This document shows, piece by piece, positions 13,068 to 24,479 of a stretch of DNA of 64,000 nt; position 1 is the first letter of the stretch; each line of letters opens with the position of its first letter. Origin of the DNA: Podarcis vaucheri (taxonomy: Eukaryota); the NCBI GenBank assembly GCA_965113315.1, contig OZ220365.1; one strand, 5' to 3'. The notes under the pieces were generated by a model. It was not told the DNA's origin, did no database searches, and worked only from the letters and a program-made list of their open reading frames with translations. Both the position numbers and the translations under genes were made by a program.

Positions 13068-14939
13068 CTAGGAAAGATGCAAAAAACCCAGCAGGTTCCA
13101 TATTAAGTTAATTAATAAAATGGTTAAAAGCGTATTAAGCTACGTATTTCCCCTATTCTGGGTTTTTATCTAAACAGAGCCCCTGGGAAATTATATAAAC
13201 AAACACAAAAATAACGTAGGAAGAAGAAATTGTAAAACACTATTTCTGTGACTGCAATCCAACGCTAATTGTGTATCACATGCAAACATGCTTTACATAA
13301 GCTATGGCGCTTGCCACCCCCCTTTTTAAGTTGGGGAGGGGGCGATTTAGAGACATTAAGTACAAAGGGAGGAGGGTGCTTATCCTGTTTCCTTCCTACT
13401 GCTTCTCCAGCCCCAAATTAGCCTTCCTCTGAGATTCAAACATGGGGGCAAAGGAAGCAAGTGGATTAGGGATGGCAATCTTTTGAGCAGAAGCAGCAGC
13501 AAATAAGGAAAGTGTTAAGCTCTTCCCTACTTCTCAGCTCCCAAGTCACCTCCTTTCAAAGGAAAAAAATGTATTGGGGCTTAATTAAACACATTACTGA
13601 GTTAACTCTCGAGTCTCAGTGGAATCCGTAGTGCTTATTTCTGAGCTTACAACTATATTTTAAAGCTGCATATATATATAATGAATGATGTTTGGTACAT
13701 GATACAAAGTGGGCACTTGTACAGGGAGAATGATCCAAGAAGTTATGGTAGGATAGAAGGGGAAGAAAGCAGAATGCTTAAGTAAATGCTTCCATTTCCA
13801 TTTATTTGGGGTAGGTAACCTTATACCTGTGTAGGTGTTTGAGGCTGCTTCATGGGGGGAAGGGAGAGACTTGGAGAAAACTCACATAGATAACTGAATT
13901 CCAGCACTAAGCAGGAAAAACGAAAAGATCACTTCATCTAACCCTAATTATTCTGCTGTTGTTTATCCATTTTTTGTAAGATTGACAGAACCAAATTATT
14001 TTCAGGTAAATCAAAATTGGCAGCAATTAAAAACTTACCTGCTCACCCAGTTTTGCAGGGGACTGATTTAATACTGAATTGCAAACTGGTTGTTGTGAAG
14101 CTGTTGTACTATTATATCCTTCTTGCTTTTCAAATAGTTTTCATTTTATTTTTATATAGCTTTATTGTTTTTTCTAACCTGCTCTAGGATTAAATAACTG
14201 ATCCTAGGTTCTGTAAATAAACAACCTACTTTCTGATACTAGGAACATACACTCAATATTCTATAAACACTCAATACTCTAAAACATTTATTAAGAGAAA
14301 TATACTCATTTCTGTGATAATGTAATCTTCACACTTCACTCAGGACAGGGAGTAGTAAATATATATGCCAAAATAATTTCTAATCTTTTGTTTCCTCTTC
14401 TCATTGTTATTTACAGTGCAGGTCTTAAATGTCAATGGTGACTATACTGATTGGACTAAGTTTTACCAACCCAAATAAACATATACATTATTACAACTAG
14501 TGTTCTGATCAAGGACTGGGTTTTACAAAAAGTGTAGTTGAGTTTGTGATTTTATTGTATTTATGCAGGTGTTATTGTTAACTGCTTCAGGAGTCTTTTT
14601 TTGGCAAAGAATTATTCTGTAAGTTTGAGAAAATAGCAATAAAATTTCTATTTTATTTATGGAAAAATAAGCAGAACCTAAAACATCTACGAATCACAAA
14701 TGGTAGGCCAGAATAAAATAACAATAGATTTCCAAGTCAGTTATGCTGCCGTACTAGAGTCTCCATAGTCTCCCAGCTATTTAAGGCACACGGTACAATA
14801 ACTTTTTCATAATTTTGTTCTTAACCCTGAGAGAATGAGTGTCTTTGTCAGATTACAGCTGAAATGTTTGTGAGGCCAACCAAAAATGTCTTATACGAGA
14901 CTGAATCAACAATGATACACAATATTTAATGGGCTATAT

Positions 14940-15067
14940 CGTGGATGGGGATCCTGTGACCCTCCAAGTGTTGTTGGGCTTTAACTCCCATCAGCATAGC
15001 CATTGGTCAGGGATGATGGAAACGGTAGTCCAGCAATGTCTGAAGAGCCACAGGTTCCACATCCCTG
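14940..15067. mobile_element. ~130-bp hAT-type MITE (related copies at about 26250-26385, 48478-48602, 54920-55061)
   Basis: Imperfect TIRs, internal aactcccatca...tgatgg(g)a inverted repeat, and a degenerate 8-bp TSD (ggctatat/ggttatac). The same core recurs four times in the window. Confidence 0.7.
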
Positions 15068-15114
15068 GGTTATACCAATACGTTAATTTTAGCGAGGAAT
15101 CTTCTTTCACTCAC

Positions 15115-15199
15115 CTGCCATCTTGTTTTTGAAATATATTAACCTCACTGTTTCTAGTCCAAGGACGTTCAGCGATCCTTCTGTGTTCAAAGGACGTAC
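15115..15199 (-). CDS. CDC42BPA: CNH C-terminal exon (VRPLNTEGSLNVLGLETVRLIYFKNKMA)
   Basis: ctttcag/gtgagt, 85 nt, phase 0-1. Confidence 0.96.
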
Positions 15200-15745
15200 C
15201 TGAAAGCACATGAGTTATGAGTAGCTTAGTAAAGATTGGCTTTAGTAAAATATTTCTCAAACTCAAAGGCTAATGATGCAGAACAATAATTAACAACAGT
15301 TAAAAACACACACCCTGAAACTGATTAGTGAACTGGTGTTGAAACCTTTGCCAAAAACCTGGAGTCATTTTACCTAAGATCTGAGATAGAGTATAATTTT
15401 TTAATTTTCATTTGTTCATAATATTAAACAGAAGTTCGTGAGGTGTTTTTCAATAGATGAAATGATGCGGTTTGAATTAAAAAAAGAAATTAAAAACACA
15501 ATGATCAGCTAAAGCCTTACAAGTGATCGTGCAATAATTCTCAATATAATAATTTTTAAAATTACTGGTGTATGAGAATTTTAGGGGAAGGAGGAATTAT
15601 ATTGCATAACAAATGATAAACGCAGAAAGGGAATTCTTTTATAAGTTGCATTTGACTGAATATGCTAACAGGTTGAAACACTCTTAACTCTCGTTGGAAT
15701 CTATCCTATGGAATGGTTTGATCTTCAGTATCATTTGCTATTTAC

Positions 15746-15843
15746 CTTCTTGAGGGGGATAGTCTGAATCCACTCCATGGAGTTCACATCAAATATATCA
15801 ACAGCATTTTCACTGTAAACTGAGAGGTATGGGGCATTGTAAC
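15746..15843 (-). CDS. CDC42BPA: CNH exon (YNAPYLSVYSENAVDIFDVNSMEWIQTIPLKK)
   Basis: ttccccag/gtaaat, 98 nt, phase 1-0. Confidence 0.96.
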
Positions 15844-16607
15844 CTGGGGAAAAGTAAAATACAAGTCTGAGTAACAGGTTGTGTTGAAGGTTAGAAAAGA
15901 GTCACTTCTCAATATACAGACTCTGTAGACAGCTCAACAGTAATAATTTCTTTATTATCCTTCTAATGATTGTGTAGAAAATGGTAAGTTTATTTTATTT
16001 TTTATTCTGAACAAAAGGATCTTTGATTATTACTGGGAAGCAAGACAATATTTACTAATCACATTCCTTCTGGTTTAATATTCATCTCAATTTCCCAGCT
16101 ATTGATAGCATTTTGAACTGGTCACTTTGCCTCAGATGGGGAGGACCCACCTTAGTTCTGTGACTGCAAGTTGTTTCAAACTTATTTATTTTATTTTTTA
16201 ATTGTTGTAACTCACCCTGGAACCTTAGGTTGATGAGTTGGTAATTCTAGAAAACAGGGTCTTGCAACAAATATTACAAGTATATTTTAAAATCTGGGTC
16301 TGTGAATATACTTTCCTGGTGTAAAAAAATGAACAGTACAGTATAATGTCATGGGACCCCCAGTTGTTAAGGTTCCTATTAACCTTGGTATACCACTGGT
16401 GAGAAACAGTGCTGCTGGTAGTGAATGCTCTTGCCTAGCAGTAAAGTATGCCTAATACCAGGGGGGACTGTTTTATGTGTATGGTGCCATTTGCTTATTA
16501 CCATTCATATCAAGCAGCTTTAGTCATGACAACTACAAGCCAGTGCTATGAACAGGACTACTTATGCTAGATACATAGTTCTAGAAGCAACACACAGCCG
16601 TATTCTG

Positions 16608-16730
16608 CCATGAGACTCTTAATCTCAGGGTTGTGGGTTTGAGGCCCACATTGGGCAAAAAATTCCTTCATCGCATGGGGTTGGACTAGATGACCGCTGT
16701 GGTCTCTTCCACCTCTACGATTCTAAGATT
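16608..16730 (+). mobile_element. tRNA-Lys-derived SINE with CR1 tail (Squam2-like), 5'-truncated
   Basis: catgagactcttaatctcagggttgtgggtttgaggcccacattgggc resembles the 3' half of tRNA-Lys(CTT). CR1-type tail ttccacctctacgattctaagattc. Confidence 0.75.
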
Positions 16731-17275
16731 CAGTGATCTGGCCAGGTATGGCACTTGCCTTCCAATGCAGAATCAAAAAACATAATCTGAAGTGGGTTTC
16801 TGACTCTGGTTTGGAGGACAACTGCTAACCACGGCCTGCCAAATGAAACACTGTGAGTGGCATTCAACTAAATCTACTTTAAGTGGACCCACAAAAATTA
16901 TTGCTCCTAACTTAGCTGTGTTTATTAATTTTACTGGACCTACTCTAAGTATAACCAAATTGAATGCAACCCTGAGTTAAACTACAACTAACGATGACCA
17001 GAAAATAGAGAGAGAATTCATAGTGGGAGGGAGAGAATGGTAAGGAAGAATGTGTACATCTGTGTCTTGTTTATGAAAACATGACATTATTTTAAAAAGC
17101 TATTTCTTACAAATGTCTTTTGTGCATCAACATCCCCATGTAGCCTGTTGATGATGCCGTTTTACAGAAAAAGAAGGGAGTAACTACCTGAATATTATCC
17201 CAATGTTGCATGTGTTCTCTCAAACCAGGAGGAGAAATGAGGCTACTGTGAACTAACATAATGACAGGAACTTAC

Positions 17276-17869
17276 AGGAAGAAGAAGGAGTTGCAGGCCA
17301 CATCAGTTCCTGTTGCCTTGATCTTCGACCTTGGCAGTCCACATAAACCCCCACGCTGCTAAAACACAGCAGGTATTCCTTATTCGAGATCTCAACTGCA
17401 CAGATGGCATCAGTTGGTTGCTGTGCAATGAACGACAGTGTGTGATCATCTGGGTGAAGCAAACTATGTGGGTTTCCTTCTCCATGCAAAGGGTATTTTA
17501 AGAATCCTGACTGGTAGCCCACACAGAGCCGCTCACTGAAGATTGCCATCCACTGGACATTCCCAGCCACTTGGATCTCTTTAATCTTTTTGTGACGTGT
17601 CTTGCTGTGATTTAGTTCATAGCAGAGGACCTGTCTTTTCATTGCCACACACAGGCAGGTAAGGGCTCCATGGCGCACTTGCCCAGAAACTATCGTCTGG
17701 CAACCTTTAGTCTCTGCCAGTTTATAAAAATCAGTCTCTCGTCCATCCAGGGCTGTCATAGGGAATAGCCGTACATGACGGTTTCGTCCTGAGATCACTG
17801 CAATTAGCTGCTCATTTGGGATGAGCTCAATCTGATGCACTTTCTTATTGTCACCGACACGAATGATCT
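17276..17869 (-). CDS. CDC42BPA: Large CNH (citron homology) exon
   Basis: ORF 17253..17840 (IAVISGRNRHVRLFP...YLLCFSSVGVYVDCQGRRSRQQELMWP). ttttgcag/gtaagt, 594 nt, phase 1-1. Confidence 0.98.
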
Positions 17870-18545
17870 CTGCAAAAATTAAACACTTAAGTTAGTACCC
17901 ATGCAAACAAGCAGTTCTTCCTTTGAAATTGTATCTTGTGCTAAAGCCCCAATACAAACTATTGCTTGTGTTGTTTATTTCTCCCTCTCATTTTGCTGGA
18001 ACTGTATGAAGACAGACTATGGTGGTTTTTCTCAAGCCACCATAGTCTCATCTTTCAGCTACCTTTTCCTTACAATTTATTTCTTATGGCTTTAACAATA
18101 ATTTTCTGCTTCAATCCTTATTGCTGGGATATGTTATGCTTCACTTGCCATAATCAACATGTAGGGAATCTTAAAAAAAAAAAAAAGTTGAGAGCCTGCC
18201 TTCCCTCATCTTGTCATGGGCCAGAACCTATGATGCAGAGAGATGCTAGGGTTCTGAGGACCCATGGGGTGAAGCTTCATCCCTGGCATTTGCAGGCAGC
18301 CATGGAGAACGTTCATCTTATTTATCCCAATTCAGGAAGTAGTTATTGAGTCTGGGTTCCAGTCCGCCAACACAGCACAGATTGAAAGGCTTTCTTGGTA
18401 GGCGGAAAGAACTGAGAACAGTTTGACTTGTCGACTTCACAATCATGAACTAATAAAAGACGGCACTAGAAGGAGCTGACAGAACAAAATGTGCAGTTTA
18501 TTATTTCAACCCCCGACATTTCAAACATAAGCCATGTTCCCTTAC

Positions 18546-18608
18546 CATCCTTGGTGACATGAACCACAAATAACCCTTCTTCATTGCCCAGAGCTATTCT
18601 TTCGTGAT
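18546..18608 (-). CDS. CDC42BPA: CNH N-terminal exon (HERIALGNEEGLFVVHVTKD)
   Basis: ctgcag/gtaagg, 63 nt, phase 1-1. Confidence 0.95.
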
Positions 18609-19166
18609 CTGCAGCAGTTAAAAGAAAAGAAGAGGGTGGGTGGGGAGGAAGTCCAATTGGAGGCACATGGCTAATAAGGAAGACAAATGCTAATCGGATA
18701 GCAGATCAACAGGCTAATGATTAGAAAAGAATACTTACCATTCACTTCCATATATCACTTTTAAGAATTAAAAACAAAATTTTCCCCAATTTCCTAGTGT
18801 AATAAAAACACAGTGAGCACACTTAGAACCCACAGCAGTGCTGCTATAGAGGGTTAGGATTAAGTGCAGGTGTCCCTCTATATAGGGTGGGATCTGTGGC
18901 TGTTGAGGTTCCCGCTGGGCCCACTGAAAGAACAGGCAGGTGAGAAACTATTGCTGGTGGCGTGCCATGAAACAGGCAATTTCTTCTGAGGGAGTGGGGA
19001 TTTATCCATTGGATCCTAAGCCAGACCATTTTCTGGAAAGGGATCTGGTATCTGGCCTACTCTGCTGTACCAGCTGGCATAGCAAAAAAGAAAGGGGGGG
19101 GAAAGCACCCACCCAACTTCCATTAAGGTAGAGTCAAGTATTATTGTGGGGTTATTAAGCACATAC

Positions 19167-19383
19167 CTATGATTGCTGCCGCCTGGGTGGTTTTAATGAG
19201 GGGCAAGGTGCTGTCATAGGCCTCTTTGGGAACATAGACTGAGCGATCTTTGAGCTTGTTCTTCTTTAAAATCCTGTGCAGTTCATTTAGGACTCCTACC
19301 CACTTGCTCTTTTCATTCTCGCTGTCAGCTAGGATCAGGATTGAACACTTGTTACTGCATGCTGATAGCTGGGAAGCTGTAAC
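19167..19383 (-). CDS. CDC42BPA: PH C-terminal / CNH linker exon (VTASQLSACSNKCSILILADSENEKSKWVGVLNELHRILKK...TTQAAAII)
   Basis: ttttccag/gtatgt, 217 nt, phase 0-1. Confidence 0.96.
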
Positions 19384-19591
19384 CTGGAAAAGGTAAAGAC
19401 GTGTGTGTTTTTGTGCAATGTAGAAGACGGCACACATGAGGTAGGGAGGAAGGAGATAAATATTCAAAATAAACCAATGCAAAGAAAAACAGACGCCTTG
19501 ACATTTATGATCTGTTGAATATAATCTGTGCCTTGCTTGTAGTCAATCAGTTGAGGAACTCAGCATTATAGACACATTTCAAGGCGAGCTA

Positions 19592-19750
19592 GCGAGAGTT
19601 AGTGTGGCATTGCATATAGAGTGGTTTGGGAAGTTCAAATCTCTGCTTAAGTAGTGTTGAAGCTCACTGGCTGGTCTTGGCTCAGCCAGCCTCTCTCAGC
19701 TTGGCTTATCTCACAGGGTTGTTGCAAGGCAAAAATGGGAAGGGCACAAC
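19592..19750 (+). mobile_element. Degenerate Squam3-like SINE
   Basis: ctctctcagc...ctcacagggttgttg core shared with the copies at 39783 and 44660. Confidence 0.55.
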
Positions 19751-20389
19751 CATGGATTGGATCTAGATTTTGCCTCCCATGAATGGAAGTGGTCCTGTTT
19801 TCTAAGAAAGTCTTCCGTTACAGTGGAGGCATCTTGCTGATGAGACAGGCAATTTTTGTTTCTCTCTCTCTCTACCCCCCCCCCCAGCAGCCCCCTATGC
19901 ACCCAAAAATCTGCTTCGTGTGGTCTGAATATCCTTTGGAATAGTGTGGAAGGTGGTGCCTGGGGCAGTAGAGGGAAGGTAAAGGTAAGCAAAATTACCT
20001 CCCTCATTCTCTTCTATCCGTGAGAACGTACTGAGCTTCTAGTGGCAAAATTTACTGGGATAAAAATCTAATTGAAAAAAATCAATCAATAACTATCAGG
20101 CAAAGCTTTCTATTTATGCTAAGTTAAATGTTTGTTCCCTTCAGACTAGCTCAGGGACAGTACCATTTCACAGACCATTACAAATTAGTATGTTGTGACA
20201 TTTTCATACTTCCTCCTAGTGTCCAGGGTTTGGATGAAAAAGACATGAAATTTCAAGGAGAACTTGAAACCACAAAGAACGATGAAGGTATTTTTGATAA
20301 TAAATGAAATGGAAACAAAAATTAAACAACAGTATTGGCTCCACTGTACTTATAAGCAACAGATTTCAACTTTAACATGTATAACTTAC

Positions 20390-20471
20390 TCTAAAGATAC
20401 AGGGAATATCTTTTCTATTTGCATGGATGACATCAGAAGCCAAGACAGAACTCACTGAGAATTCTTCATCC
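20390..20471 (-). CDS. CDC42BPA: PH exon ([27 protein letters not shown])
   Basis: AAG-type acceptor ttcaaaaag, donor gtaagt, 82 nt, phase 2-0. Confidence 0.95.
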
Positions 20472-21091
20472 CTTTTTGAAAAACAACAATGCAAAAAAAT
20501 GTTTATCAGCAAACTGAAGTGCATTTCTTTTATAATTAACTTTTAAACAGTATCTATTCAAATTATAGTGGAAGTGCATATCAACACAAGGTGCTTTTTA
20601 TCTTAAAAAGGTAACCTCAAGTCATTTAGGAAGAGAATGACCACCAATTTCATTTCTTTTATTTTTATGTTATTTCTGTAGACTATATTCTTTTCTAAGC
20701 AAACATGTGCTATCTGCTTTTTTGGGGGGGTAGTCTAACATCATGGGACAATGAAAATATCGGATTCTATCTGTCTGACATTAATCTGGAAGTAACTGCA
20801 AGGGTGGCTGAGGTTTTGTCAATAGTGTCTCTTAGAGTAGCGAAGGGCACTATTTAGTGGGAAGAAACTCCAATGAAAATCCTCGTTCTTACATATTTTT
20901 GTATATGTTTTTTAAAATTTTACATGTGGATGTTTTATGATGGCCTATATTCATAATGCCTAATAAAGGATTGGTGAAGAAGAAGAGTTATTTCTTAGAC
21001 ATGGAAGCTTCCATAGATTGAATTCTCTACAGTGTGAATTATAATTGGTAGCACTTGCAGTCTCTTACATTAAAAAAAAGACACTTCCTAC

Positions 21092-21231
21092 CTCATATCA
21101 AGAACCTGACTCACTACCACACTGGGCTGGGATGCTTTTCCTTCTGCAATATCATAAAGGAAGAGCTTGAAGTCACAGACAACAGACAGTGCTCTTTGCC
21201 AGCCTTTCTTCACTCCAGCTGGTTTTGGGAC
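21092..21231 (-). CDS. CDC42BPA: PH exon ([46 protein letters not shown])
   Basis: ttgttacag/gtagga, 140 nt, phase 0-2. Confidence 0.96.
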
Positions 21232-22076
21232 CTGTAACAAAATTAATGGTACTGATATTCAAATGTAAAGAAAGAAATGTAAAAATAAATCAAACATTCC
21301 ATTAATTAGTTATTAGAAATGCCCTGTATATTCTCAATGTACAACCAGCGGGTCATTCAAGAGCATGCCAGCATTGCAAAACCAAACGGGTTTAATTACT
21401 GTGGCTTTCTACAAGAAATTCTATGAGGTTGCTGAGAATTCTTTGTTAGAGATCCTTTGCCCTTTCTCAGAACTGCAGCTTCTGCAGTTCCTTTGGGAAA
21501 TACCACGGCAGTTAAATCGGAATAGGTTTGTAGCGTGCATCTTTTTACATGAGTCAAAAGTCTGAGGAAACCTCCACGCTTTCATTCAGAAGGGCAGGCC
21601 TCTTTGAAAACATGCCCTTACTGCAAGCTTATTTCAGCTCAGTCACATCACCTAGAAACCCAGGTAAAGTTACACCACGCTTTTTGCTGGTCGTGTGCCA
21701 AACTCTATTTTATAAAGGCTTGTTTTCTCTCTGACAGGCCCAGCCCCGCTCCTGAAAGCAGTCTGGAATAGGGTAAATTACACCAGCATAATCCACTCTT
21801 GTGTATATGGCCTCCTATAATTTGGATAGCTGCGGAAATGTTTAGTGCGCATTATACTTAGCTTGAAGTAATAATATGCAATAAAAATGTGGGGATGGTA
21901 AAGTTTAGAACAGAGTAGTTCTTTTCTTATTCACACACTCAGAAAAAATATTATATAGAAAATGAAAAGCCAAGATGATTGTCATTCTAATATAAACCAA
22001 ATTGTTTGATGCTGCATTATAAATTATTGTAAGAAAACTACAATCAGACCATGGCATTCAGTGTTCCTATACTTAC

Positions 22077-22213
22077 TCGGACATGGCCTTCATAAGCCGT
22101 TCCTATGCCTTTCTGTGGGTCAATACCCAAAGGACCCTTTGTCTGTTCAGGTGGAATTGGACACACCGCTGGTGCCTTGTCTGCACAGGTCACATGGCAT
22201 GAAAATCCACACA
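22077..22213 (-). CDS. CDC42BPA: C1 C-terminal half exon ([45 protein letters not shown])
   Basis: tttcccccag/gtaagt, 137 nt, phase 1-0. Zinc-ligand Cys/His residues present. Confidence 0.97.
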
Positions 22214-22493
22214 CTGGGGGAAATATAGAAATCAATCAAAATATGCATTTCTCATTATTGAATATGTAACAGATTAATCTAGTAACGTATGAAAGTTATT
22301 AACATTTCTCATGTCAATGTTGTTAGTTACTTTTGCAATATCTGCGTTTGGATCAGTTCCAGAATTAAACAAAAACAAGTAAATATTCTTTTTCAAACTG
22401 GTCTGGACTGTTCTTGCATCCAAAAAATTAATAATCAACAGAATAATACAATGAAGTGATAATTTGCTAGATAAGATGGTAAGTCAATCTTAC

Positions 22494-22599
22494 CTTCACA
22501 GGTACAGCCCTGCCTTATTAAGCCAACCATCAAAGATGTGCACTGATTGCATTTGGTAGGGGTATTAAAGGATTTCACTACAAACTGATGGGCCTTTGG
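22494..22599 (-). CDS. CDC42BPA: C1 N-terminal half exon ([35 protein letters not shown])
   Basis: ttccacag/gtaaga, 106 nt, phase 0-1. HxF...CxxC...QG.xC C1 signature. Confidence 0.97.
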
Positions 22600-23365
22600 C
22601 TGTGGAATAATGAAAACAGAAAAAGCTTAGATGACAGGTACTTTGCTCTCCAAAAATTACTCTTAAATACAAATGCTGTGTGTTAAATTAATGGTCTGGT
22701 TTGCTGTGCTGATAAAAACCAAGAGGTTTTTTTTGTTTTTGTTTTTTGTTTAGTAATACAAATTCCAGACTGTTCCCATGTCTAAAAATAGCCAAAGCAT
22801 TATTGATTACTGTTCAGAGAATAAAATTGGCAGTCTAAAGAAAGCTGACCCATGTCTCAGCAGTCATGTCAGCTGTCTCTTTGAAAGGGACACTATCAAA
22901 GTTAAAATCATAAATGTAAAGTACTATTAAACATCTGTGCATTAGCAAAAAGAAAAAAATAAATATTAAAGAAAACCCTCTTTTGTATAAGCAGATGAAT
23001 ATACAGAAATGAAACAGGTGAAAGAATCATCCTTTGTTTAAAGGTACTGATGTTTATTTATTTTCTGTTAAGAGACAGACAGCTGTGCAATCTCAATGGT
23101 CAAATATCTAAGGTAAGACTGCACAGAACCAAAATTGTGAAATTTTGCTTCCCTTAGCTATGAAGACCATTTGGTGATAAATAAACACACTTTTCTCATC
23201 ACATTAAAGTGATGATATCTGTGTTGTGAACCAGATGATTCATAAACATCCCCAAGAAACTACATGGGAAGGGCTTCAATGTTGCACTTCTGAATGATTG
23301 TTAGAATGATTATGATTAATAACAATAATACTGCTGTTAATTGTTGCAAGAATTTCTTATGGTAC

Positions 23366-23446
23366 CTTTGGCACAGAGAGTCCTGAACCAATATATGGTG
23401 ACCTCATGGTTGGTGTGTGAACTGGACGCAGAGGATGATCTGAAAC
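23366..23446 (-). CDS. CDC42BPA: Variable-region exon (VSDHPLRPVHTPTMRSPYIGSGLSVPK)
   Basis: tgttcag/gtacca, 81 nt, phase 0-0. VHTPT core recalled from mammalian MRCK-alpha. Confidence 0.88.
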
Positions 23447-24479
23447 CTGAACATATATATGTTGAGGATTACTTAAGGTGAAAAAAGCACACCATTAAAA
23501 GGCCTTTCACAAACATAAACTTCAGCAAAAAGAGCACAAGAACTAAAGGAGGCAAATAAATGAATGATTGTACAAGTAACATGCTCATCACCTTGCTACC
23601 TAGCAAAATATTTAAACATCTTTTAAGTTCTCCTTTACAACCTTGAAGATAGCTATGCTGACAAGTGACAAATGCATTTTACTTAATGATGTGCTTCAAT
23701 GGATAAACTCCCAATGCTCAGTGATTTAGCAAAGATAATTCACAAAAGTAAAACTTTCACCTTACAGCAACAACAGAAATGTATAATCTTTCTTTCCTTT
23801 GGTTTTGTAAATCAATAACATGAATTCCAGTATGCTAGCTTCCTATGATTTGGGACAGCTGTGTTATTTTGCATCCATAAAGCAATTTTGGGAATTATTC
23901 TTTTGGATACACACCAGTAAAAAGTGTCTCATTTTATCAGAATATGACATCTGTGATGCATGTGGTTTGTTAGAGGTCAATGCAGGGAGATGGATATTCT
24001 AAGGAAATGCCCCCCCCCCAAGCTAACATGCTATTGATTAAATGACGTAGAACACCTCTGCATCAATAGTGAATTCATAGTTGTACCAGAAATGTAACTG
24101 CTAACTACCAAAAAATGAAGGCCAGTTGCATTGCAAAAAATCTACCTAAAGCATCTTGACGCAAATGCCCTTGTAGGAGTGGCAGAAGAGTTTAGCAAAG
24201 TGTGACTAATGATAACGGCTTTTGAAAAGAAAAAGATTATGTGTGGGGAAGATGAAGTTTTTTGCAGCATATTTCAACTAATGAGTGGGATAGCTGAGGC
24301 ACTAATGCTTTTTATATACTGGTTAAGGAATCTTAATGGTAGTTTGACAGCATCTGATCAGTTTGTATAGCAAAAGGGGGATTATGGCTGCATTGGTATG
24401 GACACTTACCTGGGAGTAAGTTCCACTGAACTTCTCTATAACCATGCTTAAGTTTGCAGTTAAGAATAGGGAAAAAACC

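Noticed and set aside
16608-16660. tRNA-Lys gene
   Set aside because: The 5' half is missing, the T-loop is mutated, and it runs into a CR1-type tail, so it is a SINE.
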